Assembly (NCBI RefSeq): GCF_016097555.1
Contig: NC_054708.1
Location: 62,332,537-62,396,536 of the forward strand
Direction: 5' to 3'
Length of the DNA: 64,000 nucleotides
Source: Gigantopelta aegis
Lineage: Eukaryota
Both the position numbers and the translations under genes were made by a program. A model generated the notes under the pieces. That model did not search any database, was not told where the DNA came from, and was given only the letters and a program-made list of their open reading frames with translations. This document shows positions 1 through 13,479 of this stretch, piece by piece. The first letter of the stretch is position 1, and each line of letters begins with the position of its first letter.

Positions 1-343
1 TGGCTCTGAATAATTGACAGAACAGTCGTCTGCTTCATATGAATGAAAATCTACAACCACAGTCGACAAATCGCCAGGTACGCCACGCACGGTCGAAATA
101 AAATACTAGTATATATAAATCAAGAGACTGCTAAACAAGTCCATGTTCAACGATGCCAAGCATTTATAATCGACAACGGCGACAAACGGTTCATCTTTAT
201 AACATGCAGTAAGTTTTCTGGATACAGAAGTACATTCCTAAATAAGAAACATGAAGAAGAAGAAAAAGAAGACGAAGGACAACAACAACAACACCCCACC
301 CACCCCGATACAAAAAATAAAAAACAAAACAAAACGAAAAACA

Positions 344-380
344 AAAGAAAGAAAGAAAGAAAGAAAGAAAGAAAAGAAAG
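344..380. repeat. (AAAG)n microsatellite within an A/G-rich low-complexity stretch
   Basis: Direct reading: gaaagaaagaaagaaag... The 125-aa ORF over it is a compositional artefact. Confidence 0.9.
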
Positions 381-636
381 ATTTGTTTATGTAACACTGC
401 TTACGAACAATCATGTTTAAAATGTTTAATGTTTAACAACTTTCGCATACAACTGTTATATTATTTACACGTGGGACGTAGTGAGAAATCCAGACAGGGT
501 GTAATCATATATTAAGCGTTGTTAAGTTGGAGAAACGTGGATATCCATTAATCAATTTAACAAAACAATTTTCTTTTCAAAATCGTATTTCTGCTCAGGT
601 CCAAAATATTTTAGAAAAGGCTATTGTATCTTGTAA

Positions 637-2755
637 ATTAATCAGTATTATCATATCTTGTAAATTAATCAGTGTTGGCACATCTTGTAAATTAATTAGT
701 ATTATCATATCCTGTAAATTAATCAGTGATATCACATCTCGTAAATTAATCAATGTTATCATATCCTGTAAATTAATCAGTGATATCACATCTCGTAAAT
801 TAATCAGTGATATCACATCTTGTAAATTAATAAGTGATATTACATCTCGTAAATTAATCAGTGTTATCATATCTTGTAAATTAATCAGTGATATAACATC
901 TCGTAAATTAATCAGTGTTATCATATATTGTAAATTAATAAGTGATATCACATCTTGTAAATTAATCAGCGATATCACATCTTGTAAATTAATCAGTGAT
1001 ATTACGTCGTCTAAATTAATCAGTGGTATCACATCTTGTAAATTAATAAGTGTTCTCACATCTTGTAAATTAATCAGTGGTATGATATCTTGTAAATTGA
1101 TCAGTGTTACCATATCTTGTAAATTAATCAATGTTATCACATCTTGTGAATTGATCAGTGTTATCACATCTTGTAAATTAATAAGTGATATCACATCTTG
1201 TAAATTAATCAGTGTATCCCATCTTGTAAATTAATCAGTGATATCACGTCTTGTAAAGTAATCTGTGGTATCACATCTTGTAAATTAACCAGTGGTATGA
1301 TATCTTGTAAATTAATCAGTGGTATGATATCTGCTAAATTAATCAGTAATATCACATCTTGTGAATTAATCTGGATTATCACATCTTGTAAATTAATCAG
1401 TGGTATGGTATCTTGTAAATTAATCAGTGGTATGATATCTGCTAAATTAATCAGTAATATCACATCTTGTGAATTAATCTGGATTATCACATCTTGTAAA
1501 TTAATCAGTGGTATGGTATCTTGTAAATTAATCAGTGGTATGATATCTGCTAAATTAATCAGTAATATCACATCTTGTGAATTAATCTGGATTATTACAT
1601 CTTGTAAATTAATCAGTGATATCACATCTTGTAAATTAATCAGTGATATCACATCTTGTAAATTATTGTGATATCACATGCTGTAAATTAATCAATGATA
1701 TCATATGTTGTAAATTAATCAGTATTATCATATCTTGTAAATTAATCAGTGTTATCATATCTTGTAAATTAATCAGTGTTATTACATCTTGTAAATTAAT
1801 CAATGATATAACATCTTGTAAATTAATCTGTGATATCATATCTTGTAAATTAATCAGTGATATCATATCTTGTAAAGTAATATGTGATATCACATCTTGT
1901 AAATTAATCAGTGATATCACATCTTGTAAATTAATAAGTGATATCACATCTTGTAAATTAATCAGCGATATCATATTGTAATAATCAGTAATCTTGTAAA
2001 TTAATCAGCGTTACCACATCTTGTAAATTAATCATTGTTCTCACATCTTGTAAATTAATCAGTGGTATGATATCTGCTAAATTAATCAGTGATATCACAT
2101 CTTGTGAATTAATCTGGATTATCACATCTTGTAAATTAATCTGGATTATCACATCTTGTAAATTAATGTGATATCACATGCTGTAAATTAATCTGGATTA
2201 TCACATCTTGTAAATTAATGTGATATCACATGCTGTAAATTAATCAATCATATCACATATTGTAAATTAATCAGTATTATCATAGTTTGTAAATTGATCA
2301 GTGTTATCATATCTTGTAAATTAATCAGTGATATCACATCTTGTAAATTAATCAGTGATATCACATCTTGTAAATTAATAAGTGGTATGATATCTTGCAA
2401 ATTAATCAGTGCTGTCATATCTTGTAAATTAATCAGTGATATCACATCTTGTGAAGTAAAATGTAATATCATATCTTGTAAATTAATCAGTGATATCACA
2501 TCTTGTAAATTAATCAGTGTTATCATATCTTGTAAATTAATCAATGTTATGACATCTTGTAAATTAATCAGTGTTATCACATCTTGTAAATTAATCAGTG
2601 GTCTGATATGTTGTAAATTAATCAGTGGTATGATAGCTTGTAAATTAATCAGTGATATCACATCGTATAAATTAATAACTGATATCACATGCTGTAAATT
2701 AATAAGTGATATCATATCTTGTAAATTAATTGGTGATATCATATCTTATAAAATG
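637..2755. repeat. 27-bp minisatellite (consensus near ATCTTGTAAATTAATCAGTGATATCAC), about 80 copies, with a 120-bp higher-order repeat x3 at 1297-1620 and a roughly 57-bp HOR at 2060-2240
   Basis: Perfect and near-perfect 27-bp periodicity read directly from the sequence. The unit length is a multiple of 3 and lacks stops, which explains the long overlapping ORFs on both strands. Confidence 0.95.
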
Positions 2756-3573
2756 AACCATTGTCATGCATTGTTTGTAAGTGGCATTAATTGAAAATTT
2801 TGCACCAGCTATATAGTACTCTAAATTTGTAGGAAAATAATAAAAACACAAACGCACAAACGTTCGCTCGAAGTGGCAAACAAACACTTAAGCACACAAT
2901 AATGAAAGTAGAGGACGATGAATATGAGTACTTGTCATTTATGCGAGAAGATTAAGTTGTAAGAGATTTTATACACCACGATTTAAACATCCTTTGACAC
3001 TAACACAATTAAGTTTGATATTACGTTACTATAAATCATTCAAACTTGCAATAACGAAAAATTAATTTTATACTTGAGTTGATCGACATTTAAAAGATCA
3101 ACCAGTGAAAACACTGAGTACACGTGACACAGTTTAGAGAAACGAGGCAAATAACGGATTGATAGCTCAACGAATTTAGCAGACTTGCTGGAACTTCGAG
3201 CAATACGCTACAAACGAAATGGGAGTGGGGGTATGTGATTGTATTTGTCATTGGCCTAGCTAATATTGTGGGGCACCCACAATGGGGGTAGAGTGGATGG
3301 GAGTATACATTATTTATCGGGCGGCAGGAAAATATAAACGGCGATGGGGAAAAAAAGACGGGGCCCCATTATTTCCCCTCTAGCAACGCCAAACAAATTG
3401 AGGTAATGAGAAAACTGATTTATTACCCCCTGGTTAACATGCAGTGGTGCTATAACAATATTATATGCATGTACTAAACTGTGTCTAAGCATCAGACTAG
3501 GTTGGCAAATGAACACGTAAATACTGTATATCGTATTAAATATGCGATAAAAAATACTTATTAGGTAACATAG

Positions 3574-3576
<3 letters not shown>

Positions 3577-3664
<88 letters not shown>
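3577..3664. repeat. (CT)n microsatellite followed by a short (CA)n
   Basis: Direct reading. Confidence 0.95.
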
Positions 3665-4617
3665 TACAGTCATACATACACTGAGTTTGTGACAAAATTG
3701 ATAGCTATAATTTTACAGTATTAGACCCCTACTAGTTGATTTCAGTTAAAAACAAACAACATATCAATTCTGGAAGATCAACAGTAAACAACAATGTTGT
3801 TCAACAATCAAACAAACAAAACTGCAGCATACGCAGTATAGGCTACTGATTTAATGACTAAATAAGTTAGATATCATTTTTAAATGGAACTCAACAAACG
3901 AAACCAATTAAAAACCCGAACTTAGTCACTGGCAAAGTCATAGGTTAAGCTCGGGATAGGCGTACTTGAACCTAAATTGGATATAGGCACGCTAATAAAG
4001 TTCTCTATCCAATTCAAATAGGTTTGTTTTTTTAAAGAACCAGGGATGGGAAAGGGTATGCGTCTTACTCTCATATTAGCGGCTTAGTAAAAAGCCACAA
4101 ATGTATGTTAATTCGCAATAAAGGTAATTAAATAGGTCATAAAATAGTATAATACTAATCTGCAAACCATTTAAATAAGTCGAAGAAACTATGTAGCGTT
4201 GTATCAGCACAGCAGCAGTCAGACTATAATACTAAAAATTATAACAATGATTACATAATCATTTTAGTTTGCAATAAAAGTGACTACTTTGGTATATATA
4301 ATATTACAGTATTAAAGGCACGGTGGAAAGCTAAATTGTGAATCAAAAATATTATTGGTAGTAAATCTTATGGCAGAAAAGTGCATTTTAGGACATCTAG
4401 TTTTCAAAAATTTACGGGGAGCATACCCCCGAAACCCCCTCGATCTCAGTCAGCCCTCCACCCCACCAATGTCTACTTGCTTCCGCCGTGCCTGCAATAA
4501 GAACGGATTTACAGAAATCGGAAAGAAAGAATCTCAAAAAAGAACCTCCATCCCGAGTCAGGCCACCGATCTTATCGCAGGTCGAACCCTAGTGGTATAT
4601 GGGCACGTTAAACTAGT

Positions 4618-4643
4618 TATCATCATCATCATCATCATCATCA
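4618..4643. repeat. (ATC)n microsatellite
   Basis: Direct reading. Confidence 0.9.
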
Positions 4644-5059
4644 GAAAAGAACACCTGGTAAGATCTACGCTGTGAGATGAGGTGTATCAGCATGCCAGCA
4701 GTGAGAAAGAACACTACAGTACAAATATATCATAGTTTAGTCCACGATAAGGGTAACTAAATATATGGTAACTAAATATAACATCATAGTACTAATCAGC
4801 AAAGCGTCTAGTTAAGTTCAAGAAAGTGGTAAGTCTGTCTATACGTTGATATTGGCGGAGTATCAGCAAATAAAAATAACACTGTCAAATACATCATATT
4901 TTGGTTGTCGATAAAACATTTAGGAAGGCTAGTTTTCTCTGAACTTTCCTGCAGAGAAACAGAGAGAGGGTATCAATGCGGTAGTTTCCATTACTCCAAC
5001 AAGAAGAACGAAGAACCTGGTAACTGCAAGACGGCTTTGATTGTAAAAACACAGCAACA

Positions 5060-5068
5060 AAAAAAAAG

Positions 5069-5100
<32 letters not shown>
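5060..5100. repeat. Poly(A) homopolymer of about 40 nt
   Basis: Direct reading. Confidence 0.95.
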
Positions 5101-5102
<2 letters not shown>

Positions 5103-5745
5103 CACACACAACTAAAGATGCAGCAGAGTTAGAAACCTTGATAAGAGAAGAGAAGATTTGTTCAATAATACACCGTTGCACTCACCTACAGTAACTGTTG
5201 ATAGCAGGAACAGCGGCAGGAGGCACGTTAGTAATAGCCGTGAAGAATGATTCATGCTAGTGAAAACTGACCACTCGTCAAAGTACTTTCTTGTCACAAC
5301 TCCCAGGACGGCGGCTAGTGCTATTTCCAAAATGAGCCTTTCCAGACCTTCATCCCGGTTAGCGATTCAGGCGACTTCTGTCCCACGTGCGCGTGTTGTG
5401 ACGCGCCTGGCTCCAATACGTTCTGCCGTGTTATGACAGTCGATCGCGGCCCGCGCCCAGCTGATGTTTAGGCCACGCGTTGCAATTATCTGTTTCCGTA
5501 TACACAGCTTCTTCGCGCATCGGTGGCAGAGTGTAGCCAAGCCATTGGAATTAATGCTAGTAGTTACTACAGGTTCGTGGCTCGGTACCAGTTGATGTTT
5601 AGACAACGTGTAAAAAAATATTTGTTTCTGTGCTCAGGATCTACCAGACCTGGTGGTGAAGCACATACACCTTCAGAGTTAAGGCTGGTAGATACTATGT
5701 TCGTATCCCGGTATCGGATCCTACGCATGGAGAGGTGTCCATTAC

Positions 5746-5746
5746 G

Positions 5747-5812
<66 letters not shown>
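5746..5812. repeat. (CT)n microsatellite, abutting a SINE-tail fragment with the ...GACAGCGTGCTTGAACC motif at 5813-5870
   Basis: Direct reading. The same tail motif recurs at 3955-4010, 9905-9950, 12236-12290 (rc), 32896-32925 and 34540-34565. Confidence 0.85.
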
Positions 5813-5815
<3 letters not shown>

Positions 5816-6152
5816 CAAGACAGCGTGCTTGAACCTCAATTGGACATAAACACGAAAATCAACTTGAAACAAACACAGGTTCTGTCTACACGAGGACATA
5901 TCCAAGAAAGAATCCTCTGAAGCCAGATAAAGTTTAACATGCTAATCACGGCTTATACAAGCAATGTCATGGGCGCACTTTCTGGTCTGTGTCAGAGCGT
6001 CAAGACTGGGTAAGCAAAAAAAGACCCCAAAAACTAGCGGAAGTAGGACATGAGCATTTCTACAACCTGGCTGATTTAGGACAACACGACCAGTAACCAT
6101 TTTAGTTACCACAACGAATCGTGGCTATATTTTGGTGACTTGGATCGTAGGC

Positions 6153-6318
6153 TAGCACAGAGGCGGATCTAGGGGAGTGGGGTAGGGGCGATAGTTATAC
6201 TATTATTATATATCAATTTTCATTACTTTACGATCCCCCTCCAAACCTCCCCCAAAGTTCCCTTGGCATTCCACCTCATGTTACTGGAGCCCCCCATAAT
6301 GGATTTTCTGGATCCGCC
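6153..6318. mobile_element. MITE-like element, about 165 bp, with 19-bp terminal inverted repeats (GCTAGCaCAGaGGCGGATC ... GATCCGCCACTGGGCTAGC). Related copies lie at 47515-47700 (inverted) and 52110-52285.
   Basis: The TIRs are readable at both ends. The 47.5 kb copy aligns as the reverse complement (ggaatgccaagggaactttggggg...). Copies 2 and 3 carry internal poly-G. Confidence 0.6.
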
Positions 6319-6992
6319 ACTGGGCTAGCATACACTTTATTTTACATTAGTGTACAAAACAGCAGTAGTTTGGCAAACCAAAATGGAAATAACTATTGTT
6401 TCAGTATGGCTTGGTAGCAATTAGCCTATATTTCAGACATGGTAGCCCTATTTAACGCCAACACTGGCCTGCATGGCAAAATTACAACGAGGCTACACCA
6501 CCCCATCCGGACCCCCAACTCCGTACTTAAAGCGTACTACAAATTAGAATGCTCCACACGTTTGACAACTGTGGAAGGTGTCAAAAAGGAAGCATATTTA
6601 ATCAACCATTATTGTGTGTCGAACAAAAAGGTGTGAAGTAGCACTATGTCGACTTCGGATGATTCCGTCTGAAGTGGACCCGCTCTTCGTTCAGTTATAT
6701 TTGATTACTATGTCACTAGGGGATTCAAGATTCTATTTTCACACAGACATGGTGGCGGTGCTGAGCTGCGGGTTTCCTGAAAATAACGAGGCAGAAAATA
6801 CACATGCCAATGATGCGATCACAGCGCCATCTGCGCGACCCGGTGCTTAGTCCAATAACCGTTCAGTACGAAATTAGTGGCTGCTTATAGCACAATAATA
6901 CAATCACGCACACTTGATTTTCAATTAAAGTAAAAATAATTAGCTTTTTAATGTATTAATTTAAAACAGTACAAAATATACACAAAGTATAT

Positions 6993-7018
6993 CACACACA
7001 CACACACACACACACACA

Positions 7019-7101
<83 letters not shown>

Positions 7102-7139
7102 AGACGTCGAAGAGAGGAGAGAGAGAGAGAGAGAGAGAG
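6993..7139. repeat. (CA)n then a long (GA)n microsatellite
   Basis: Direct reading. Confidence 0.95.
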
Positions 7140-8343
7140 TTTCATAGGTGTCGGGAGAGGACACGGGTTGAGACAGCTTTATATGAATCAACTGAGGGTC
7201 AGAGTTGGGGACAGTGCCTCCCAAACATCCACCACCGCTTCCGATGCCTATGGATTTGATTGTTAAAGTTTATTTAACGACACCACCAAACCACATTGTA
7301 TAATTAACCATCTGCTATTGGATGTCAGTTATTTGATAATTCCGAAACGAAGTCTTCAGAGGAAATCCGCTATATTTTCCCGTTAGTAGCAAGAGATATT
7401 TTATTTGCATTTTCCTACAGATAGGACAGCACATACCACGGCTTTAAGCAGGGTTCCTTTTATTTTGTAAAGTACTGAAGACAGATTGACAGACATTCAT
7501 CAAAAGAAACACGCTAGTTTCTATTAGCACCAAGACAGCTCATACTATTGTGTTTGGTATACCAGTTGTGGGACGACGGGGATAAATTAGTCCGAGAGAA
7601 TGATGACTCAAACGTATGAAGATGGAAGATTATTATATAAGTAATATATAGCTTTGTTAACCAAGTTATGCGATTTTAAAAAAAAATAACCCACCCCAAT
7701 GTATATGGAGTTTTTGTCCAATAGACCTAACACCAAATGGCATGTAAGGATCTACCGCCATTCCCATTAAGAACTTCATTGCACATTGTGGATAGAGTGC
7801 ACAGAATTCCCATAAATAATCACAAGGAAAACCATTTCAAAATGAGCCGGCCGGAGATTTTTCCAGTAACCGGCATCATTGACCTGACGGTCGTTGTCAT
7901 TACCGCAGCTCTTAAGCACTATAGCAGCTACCACTACAGTATCTGCAGATGGATACAGACCCAGTGAATGTCAACAGAGATTCGATGACAATCTCCGCTG
8001 CAGCCAATATTAAACTTGTGAGATTCGATGATGTTTAACAACGACGTCTGCTGCAAACACGGAGCCTGGAAACACCAGTCATACTGGCCGTTAGTGGCGT
8101 CGTCCTGGGAGATCGTCGGATTAGGGACGACTCAGGGCTGGTCAGGCTAGGACATCGCTTTAAAACCCGCCAGCAGCCCGTGGTCGGCCGGCGTCTGTCG
8201 CCGACATATCTGATTGTATTTACCGTGCAATTTGTGATAATTGTCCCAAGTGGCTCCTCGGCGACACGCTCTAATACTGTATAATGAAGTGATTGTCTCC
8301 ATCTGGCGGCCCGGCATCGATAGCTACCGAGATACCGTCTTGC

Positions 8344-9540
8344 AGTTACAGCAAGCCAGGACGCCACACTTAGCTATAGCTCAGTGGCAGTTAGTTACAG
8401 CAAGCAAGGACGCCACACTTGGCTATAGCTCAGTGGCACTTAGTGACAGCAAGCCAGGGCGCCACGCTTGGCTATAGCTCAGTGGCAGTTAGTCACAGCC
8501 ACCAGGACGCCACACTTGGCTATAGTTCAGTGGCAGTTAGTCACAGCAAGCCAGGACGCCACACTTGTCTATAGCTCAGTGGCAGTTAGTCACAGCAAGC
8601 CAGGACGCCACACTTGGCTATAGCTCAGTGGCAGTTAGTCACAGCAAGCCAGGACGCCACACTTGGCTAAAGCTCAGTGGCAGTTAGTCACAGCAAGCCA
8701 GGACGCCACACTTGGCTATAGCTCAGTGGCAGTTAGTCACAACAAGCCAGGACGCCACACTTAGCTATAGCTCAGTGGCAGTTAGTCACAGCAAGCAAGG
8801 ACGCCACACTTGGCTATAGCTCAGTGACAGTTAGTTACAGCAAGCCAGTGGCAGTCACACCAGGCCAGGACGCCACACTTATCTATAGCTCAGTGACAGT
8901 TAGTTACAGCAAGCCAGGACACCACAATTAGCTACAGCTCAGTGGTAGTTACAGCAAGCCAGGACGCCACACTTAGCTATAGCTCAGTGGTAGTTAGTTA
9001 CAGCAAGCCAGGACGCCACACTTAGCTACAGCTCAGCGACAGTTACAGCAGGCCAGGACGCCACACTTAGTTATAGCTCAGTGACAGTTAGTTACAGCAA
9101 GCCAGGACGCCACAATTAGCTATAGCTCAGTGGCAGTTAGTTACAACAAGCCAGGACGCCACACTTAGCTACAGCTCAGTGACAGTTACAGCAAGCCAGG
9201 ACGCCACACTTAGCTATAGCTCAGTGGCAGTTAATTACAGCAAGCCAGGACGCCACACTTAGCTGTAGCTCAGTGGCAGTTAGTCACAGCAAGCCAGGAC
9301 GCCACACGTAGCTATAGCTCAGTGGCAGTTAGTCACAGCAAGCCAGGACGCCACGCGTAGCTATAGCTCAATGGCAGTTAGTCACAGCAAGCCAGGACGG
9401 CACACGTAGCTATAGCTCAATGGCAGTTAGTCACAGCAAGCCAGGGCGTCACACGTAGCTATAGCTCAATGGCAGTTAGTCACAGCAAGCCAGGGCGTCA
9501 CACGTAGCTATAGCTCAATGGCAGTTAGTTACAGCAAGCC
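8344..9540. repeat. 49-bp tandem satellite of about 24 copies; unit GCTATAGCTCAGTGGCAGTTAGTCACAGCAAGCCAGGACGCCACACTTG, with 43-bp deletion variants from 8.9 kb. Each unit carries a tRNA A-box-like motif (TAGCTCAGTGG).
   Basis: The period was measured at 49 bp (ctatagctcag at 8569 and again at 8618). It continues directly into a SINE-like body at 9540-9950. Confidence 0.9.
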
Positions 9541-9950
9541 AGGGCATGACACCTGGCTCATTGGTACAGCAATACCCCTTTTTGTAGAGTCGGGTTTTTT
9601 ATTTTTTACCAGTCTTGGTGATGTAGTGGTTAAGCCATCGAATATAAAGCTGGTAGGTTGTAGTTTCGCCTCCCATCCAGGGCTCCGTTCCACGAATCGA
9701 TCTTAGTGCTACGATCACATTAAGTACATACGGTAGCTATGCACTTAAGGTGATCTTAGGGCTAAGATCGCTTCGTGGAACGGGGCACAGCGCGAGTTGT
9801 AACGACTTAATGGGTAGGTGTAAGGCCACTACACCCACTTCTCTCTCACTAACCACTAACCCTCTGTCTTGGAGAGACTGTCCAGATAGCTGAGGTGTGT
9901 GCACAGGACAGCGTGCTTGAACCTTAATTGGATATAAGCACGAAAATAAC
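9540..9950 (+). mobile_element. SINE-like element body. It contains a second tRNA-like A-box (GGTGATGTAGTGGTTAAGCC) and a 25-bp inverted-repeat hairpin (9682-9718 vs 9749-9786), and ends in the family tail ...GACAGCGTGCTTGAACCTTAATTGGATATAAGCACGAAA.
   Basis: The tail motif is shared with at least 5 other loci in the window. The hairpin arms were read directly. Confidence 0.6.
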
Positions 9951-10219
9951 TACAAATTAATGAATGAATGGTTTTTCTTAAATCCATCCAATGGTTCATA
10001 GCTGGTACTGGTATATATCAAAGGCAGGTTTCGTCTTTATGAAATCTCATAAGATTCTGATACCCAAGCACCAATCGATAATAAAATTTGCGTAACGGCA
10101 GCAGGTTGCTTTGTCAGTTTGGAGGGGAAAAAAGGACTCTTTATGGGACCGCGGCGACCAAATGCCACGACTGGTTAGTAGACTTGCAAATGTGGCTGTG
10201 AGTTTAAAGACTTGTTTTA

Positions 10220-10375
<156 letters not shown>

Positions 10376-10879
10376 GAGTGGGGGTTGTTTTGTTATAAAC
10401 AAATCTGAAACATTGTTTGGCCCAATTACAACTGAAACATGGAATGGACGTACATTAATATAGGCTACTCGGGTCTCACACCGGAACACATTTGTGTTTT
10501 TCGCCAATTTTGAGATAAGTAGAGTATTTTTATTGAAAATGGTTAATTTAAAGAACAATACATTAGCCAAAGACTAAAAAGTGTTGTCACTTTGTATAAA
10601 AATTAGCAATTGGCTAATTTGGCAATGAACAGGGAGAGCCATGGATACTGATGGAAAGAAAGAACACGTGGTATTTGAGACCAGATTTTATTGCCTATAT
10701 TAGTAGTTATGCCTCTATAAAATACAAAGATGTAATAAAAATGTTAGTACGATGGAACTGAATCAATGTCAGTGACTTTACGGATAGAGTTATGGTAGCA
10801 GTCAGTGTTTGCTGTTACAGTTTATGTGTCTCTTTTTACTATTTATCTGTTCCTTAGTTCAGTAACAAAAGAAAGAAAG

Positions 10880-11257
10880 AAATGTTTTATTTAACGACGC
10901 ACTCAACACATTTTATTTACGGTTATATGGCGTCAGACATATGGTTATGGACCACACAGATTTTGAGAGGAAACCCGCTGTCGCCACTACATGGGCTACT
11001 CTTCCGATTGGCAGCAAGGAATCTTTTATTTGCGCTTCCCACAGGCAGGATAGCACAAACCATGGCTTTTGTTGAACCAGTTATGGATCACTGGTCGGTG
11101 CAAGTGGTTTACACCTACCCATTGAGCCTTGCGGAGCACTCACTCAGGGTTTGGAGTCGGTATCTGGATGAAAAATCCCATGCCTCGACTGGGATCCGAA
11201 CCCAGTACCTACCAGCCTGTAGTCCGATGGCTTAACCACTGCGCCACCGAGGCCGGT
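10880..11257 (-). mobile_element. Full-length tRNA-derived SINE (family A), minus orientation, with an 11-13 bp target-site duplication TCAGTAACAAA
   Basis: The tRNA-like head ACCGGCCTCGGTGGCGCAGTGGTTAAGCC...GGGTTCGGATCCCAG (A and B boxes) is at the 11257 end. The conserved body is ...GGAAACCCGCTGTCGCCAC... and the tail is ...GTCGTTAAATAAAACATTT. The direct repeat gttcagtaacaaaag (10857) matches tttcagtaacaaag (11257). Confidence 0.85.
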
Positions 11258-11964
11258 TTCAGTAACAAAGTGTTCAGATAAACGGGAATACTTTGATAAT
11301 TAAAAAAAAGAAGAGAAAAAAGAGAAGCAAACCGAAAAGAATTTTTAAAAATCGTCAAATCTGTGCACAAAACTGATAATTTGAAACAATCTAAACAAAC
11401 TGCTATCAGTTTGAAAAACGCGTAGTAGAGAGAGGAAAAAAGATACATTTATTAAATTACGAATGTACTTGTTTTCGGTATTATTGGTCACTTTGATTAA
11501 AGTGGACGGGGAAAGTCGCACATAATTTCTTATTTGATTATAGTGAACCCTTTCTCCGCGCGATTTCTCTCTAATCACATCATTGCACCTAATCTCGTCT
11601 CTTTGTTCCGCTGCCAATACTCAATACTTAATTTCCTGGTCCATTTGTCCGGCGATACGTGATCAGTCAGCCGCCTGACGTTAGACATTCATGCAGTATC
11701 CAGATATAATTACGTTTTGACGAATGTACCCAAGATGTTTCCATATTTACTAGCTAGCGTCCGTTAACTGAATTACGTTTCATATGCAGGTTTTGCAGCT
11801 TTAGAACTTGCATAACAATGTCTGTTGGCGTAGCAAAGGCATCTGTCCCGTGTTCAGCGATAGAGAGAAAGACGCTAACGTTCATCAAATATTTGACTGG
11901 TCCCCGTAATGGTCCTTTTGTTTGATATGAAGCGCAAAGACCAGTTTAGCAAACGTCTCTACGC

Positions 11965-12082
<118 letters not shown>

Positions 12083-12573
12083 GGTGTGGCTGAACCCATT
12101 CCTAGTGGTCGAAGGTAATTTGTACGGCTGGAGCGATTAATCATATAACCGGTTAATTTATCGATCTGGTTATAAAAAAGGTTATCGATCTGTTCTAAAA
12201 AATTTTAAGCTGAACTGTATTAACGTGCCCATATCCACAGAGGTTCAAGCACGCCTACCCTGGACGTAGACTCTGACTTCGCCAGTGACCAATTCCGGGG
12301 CGGGGGATAAGTTTGAGGTGGGAGGAATTTGGAATAAAAAATTTGTAAGTTCCAAAGAGTACGATGTCTGGTAAAATTGAGGCCAAACAAAAACATTTGA
12401 CTGCTCATCCAAAGTTGAAGGTGATTAGAGCAATTTAGACGGACTGCCAAAAATAAAGGGTGTCAGACTATTTATAAAAAAATAAACAAAGTGTTTTTGA
12501 GATGGCTGCCAAAAGGTTTAAAGTCTGACTAAGTCGATACTCACGGAGGCAATGTTGACTAGGGAGGTTGGCG

Positions 12574-13355
12574 CTACGGCGAGTGGAGGAAGTCAGTCGT
12601 CCTTAGGTTTGGAAGAGCCGGTTGTTGTGTTGGTCTTGACAGCAAGGTGGTGATAGTCGGGTATGCTCTTCCGAAGACCTTCTTAGTCATCTGGTGGATG
12701 GTGAGGTTGTCCATGTCGGGGAGCAGGAGAGTTTTATTCACAATGTTGTTACGTCGGTGGGTGATGCACGCTGCGGCCTTCATGTTCTCCTTCATAGAGA
12801 CGCGTTGGATCGCGAACACCCCTTCAAAATCCACCAGTGGCTCGTACGGGATTGACATGCCTTGCATGAAGAGCCTCCTGGAGCTGTCCTTGATGTTAAT
12901 GCACGTCTTGACAAGATTGGCGTAGCGGGGGTTGAGTTTGCCTCCATGCACCGTCCAATCTTGTCCACCGCCGGAGTTGGTCGAGCTCTTGAAGAGGTGG
13001 CGCCTGGCTGGTTGTCTGCCTTCCTCTTCCCAACGGCCACTTGTCGGGCCGGCTTCTCGACGGGGGCCACCTGTAGAGTCGGTGGACGCACCGGAGTTGC
13101 CGAAGTCGGGACTGGTGTTGGGGGCGATGGTGTGTCCAGGACCGTCCCTGTCGTAGTGGAAACGTCAGTATCCAGTTCAACCGGGGCCTCTTCTGTCTTC
13201 TTCAGCTTCCTAGGAGCGGTGGTGGGCAGCGAAACAGGAGACACCGCCGGCGGTTTAGCCACCGGTTTTGGCTCCCTCTGAACCGCCCCTGACGCACGTT
13301 TCCTCTTCCTCCACCTTCCTTTCTTCAGTTGCCGGTCGCCATACACCAGGATCAC
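12574..13355 (-). pseudogene. Unassigned two-frame ORF of about 260 codons (187 aa plus 125 aa joined by one frameshift). The N-terminal half is K/R- and P-rich; the C-terminal half is ...IPYEPLVDFEGVFAIQRVSMKENMKAAACITHRRNNIVNKTLLLPDMDNLTIHQMTKK...
   Basis: The two overlapping minus-strand ORFs are compatible with a single frameshifted reading frame. No family was recognised. It is flanked by a SINE-tail fragment and a (TG)n(G)n tract. Confidence 0.3.
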
Positions 13356-13427
13356 GGTTGCCAGAGACCCGGTGTAGGCGACACGGTATTCAAGCAGCGT
13401 TCCATATGTTTCGATAAGTCCCCCCAG

Positions 13428-13443
13428 GTGTGTGTGTGTGTGT

Positions 13444-13479
<36 letters not shown>

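Noticed and set aside
527-2794. Long ORFs (up to 235 aa) on both strands across the 27-bp minisatellite
   Set aside because: The repeat unit is a multiple of 3 without stop codons. The peptides are periodic (ISCKLISDITSCKL...) and present in both orientations, which is an artefact.
5330-5520. CpG-rich stretch with an ATTGG box, a possible CpG-island promoter
   Set aside because: No adjacent exon or ORF with homology was found. This is noted only as speculation.
5523-5905. ORFs of 108 and 112 aa with SLSL... or RERE... runs (similarly at 6948-7224, 10217-10570, 11909-12144)
   Set aside because: They are translations of (CT)n/(GA)n microsatellites.
8344-9540. Possible tRNA genes, because of TAGCTCAGTGG motifs
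   Set aside because: Only the A-box-like segment is present in each 49-bp unit. There is no B box or cloverleaf, so this is a satellite and not tRNA genes. The same applies to the SINE heads.
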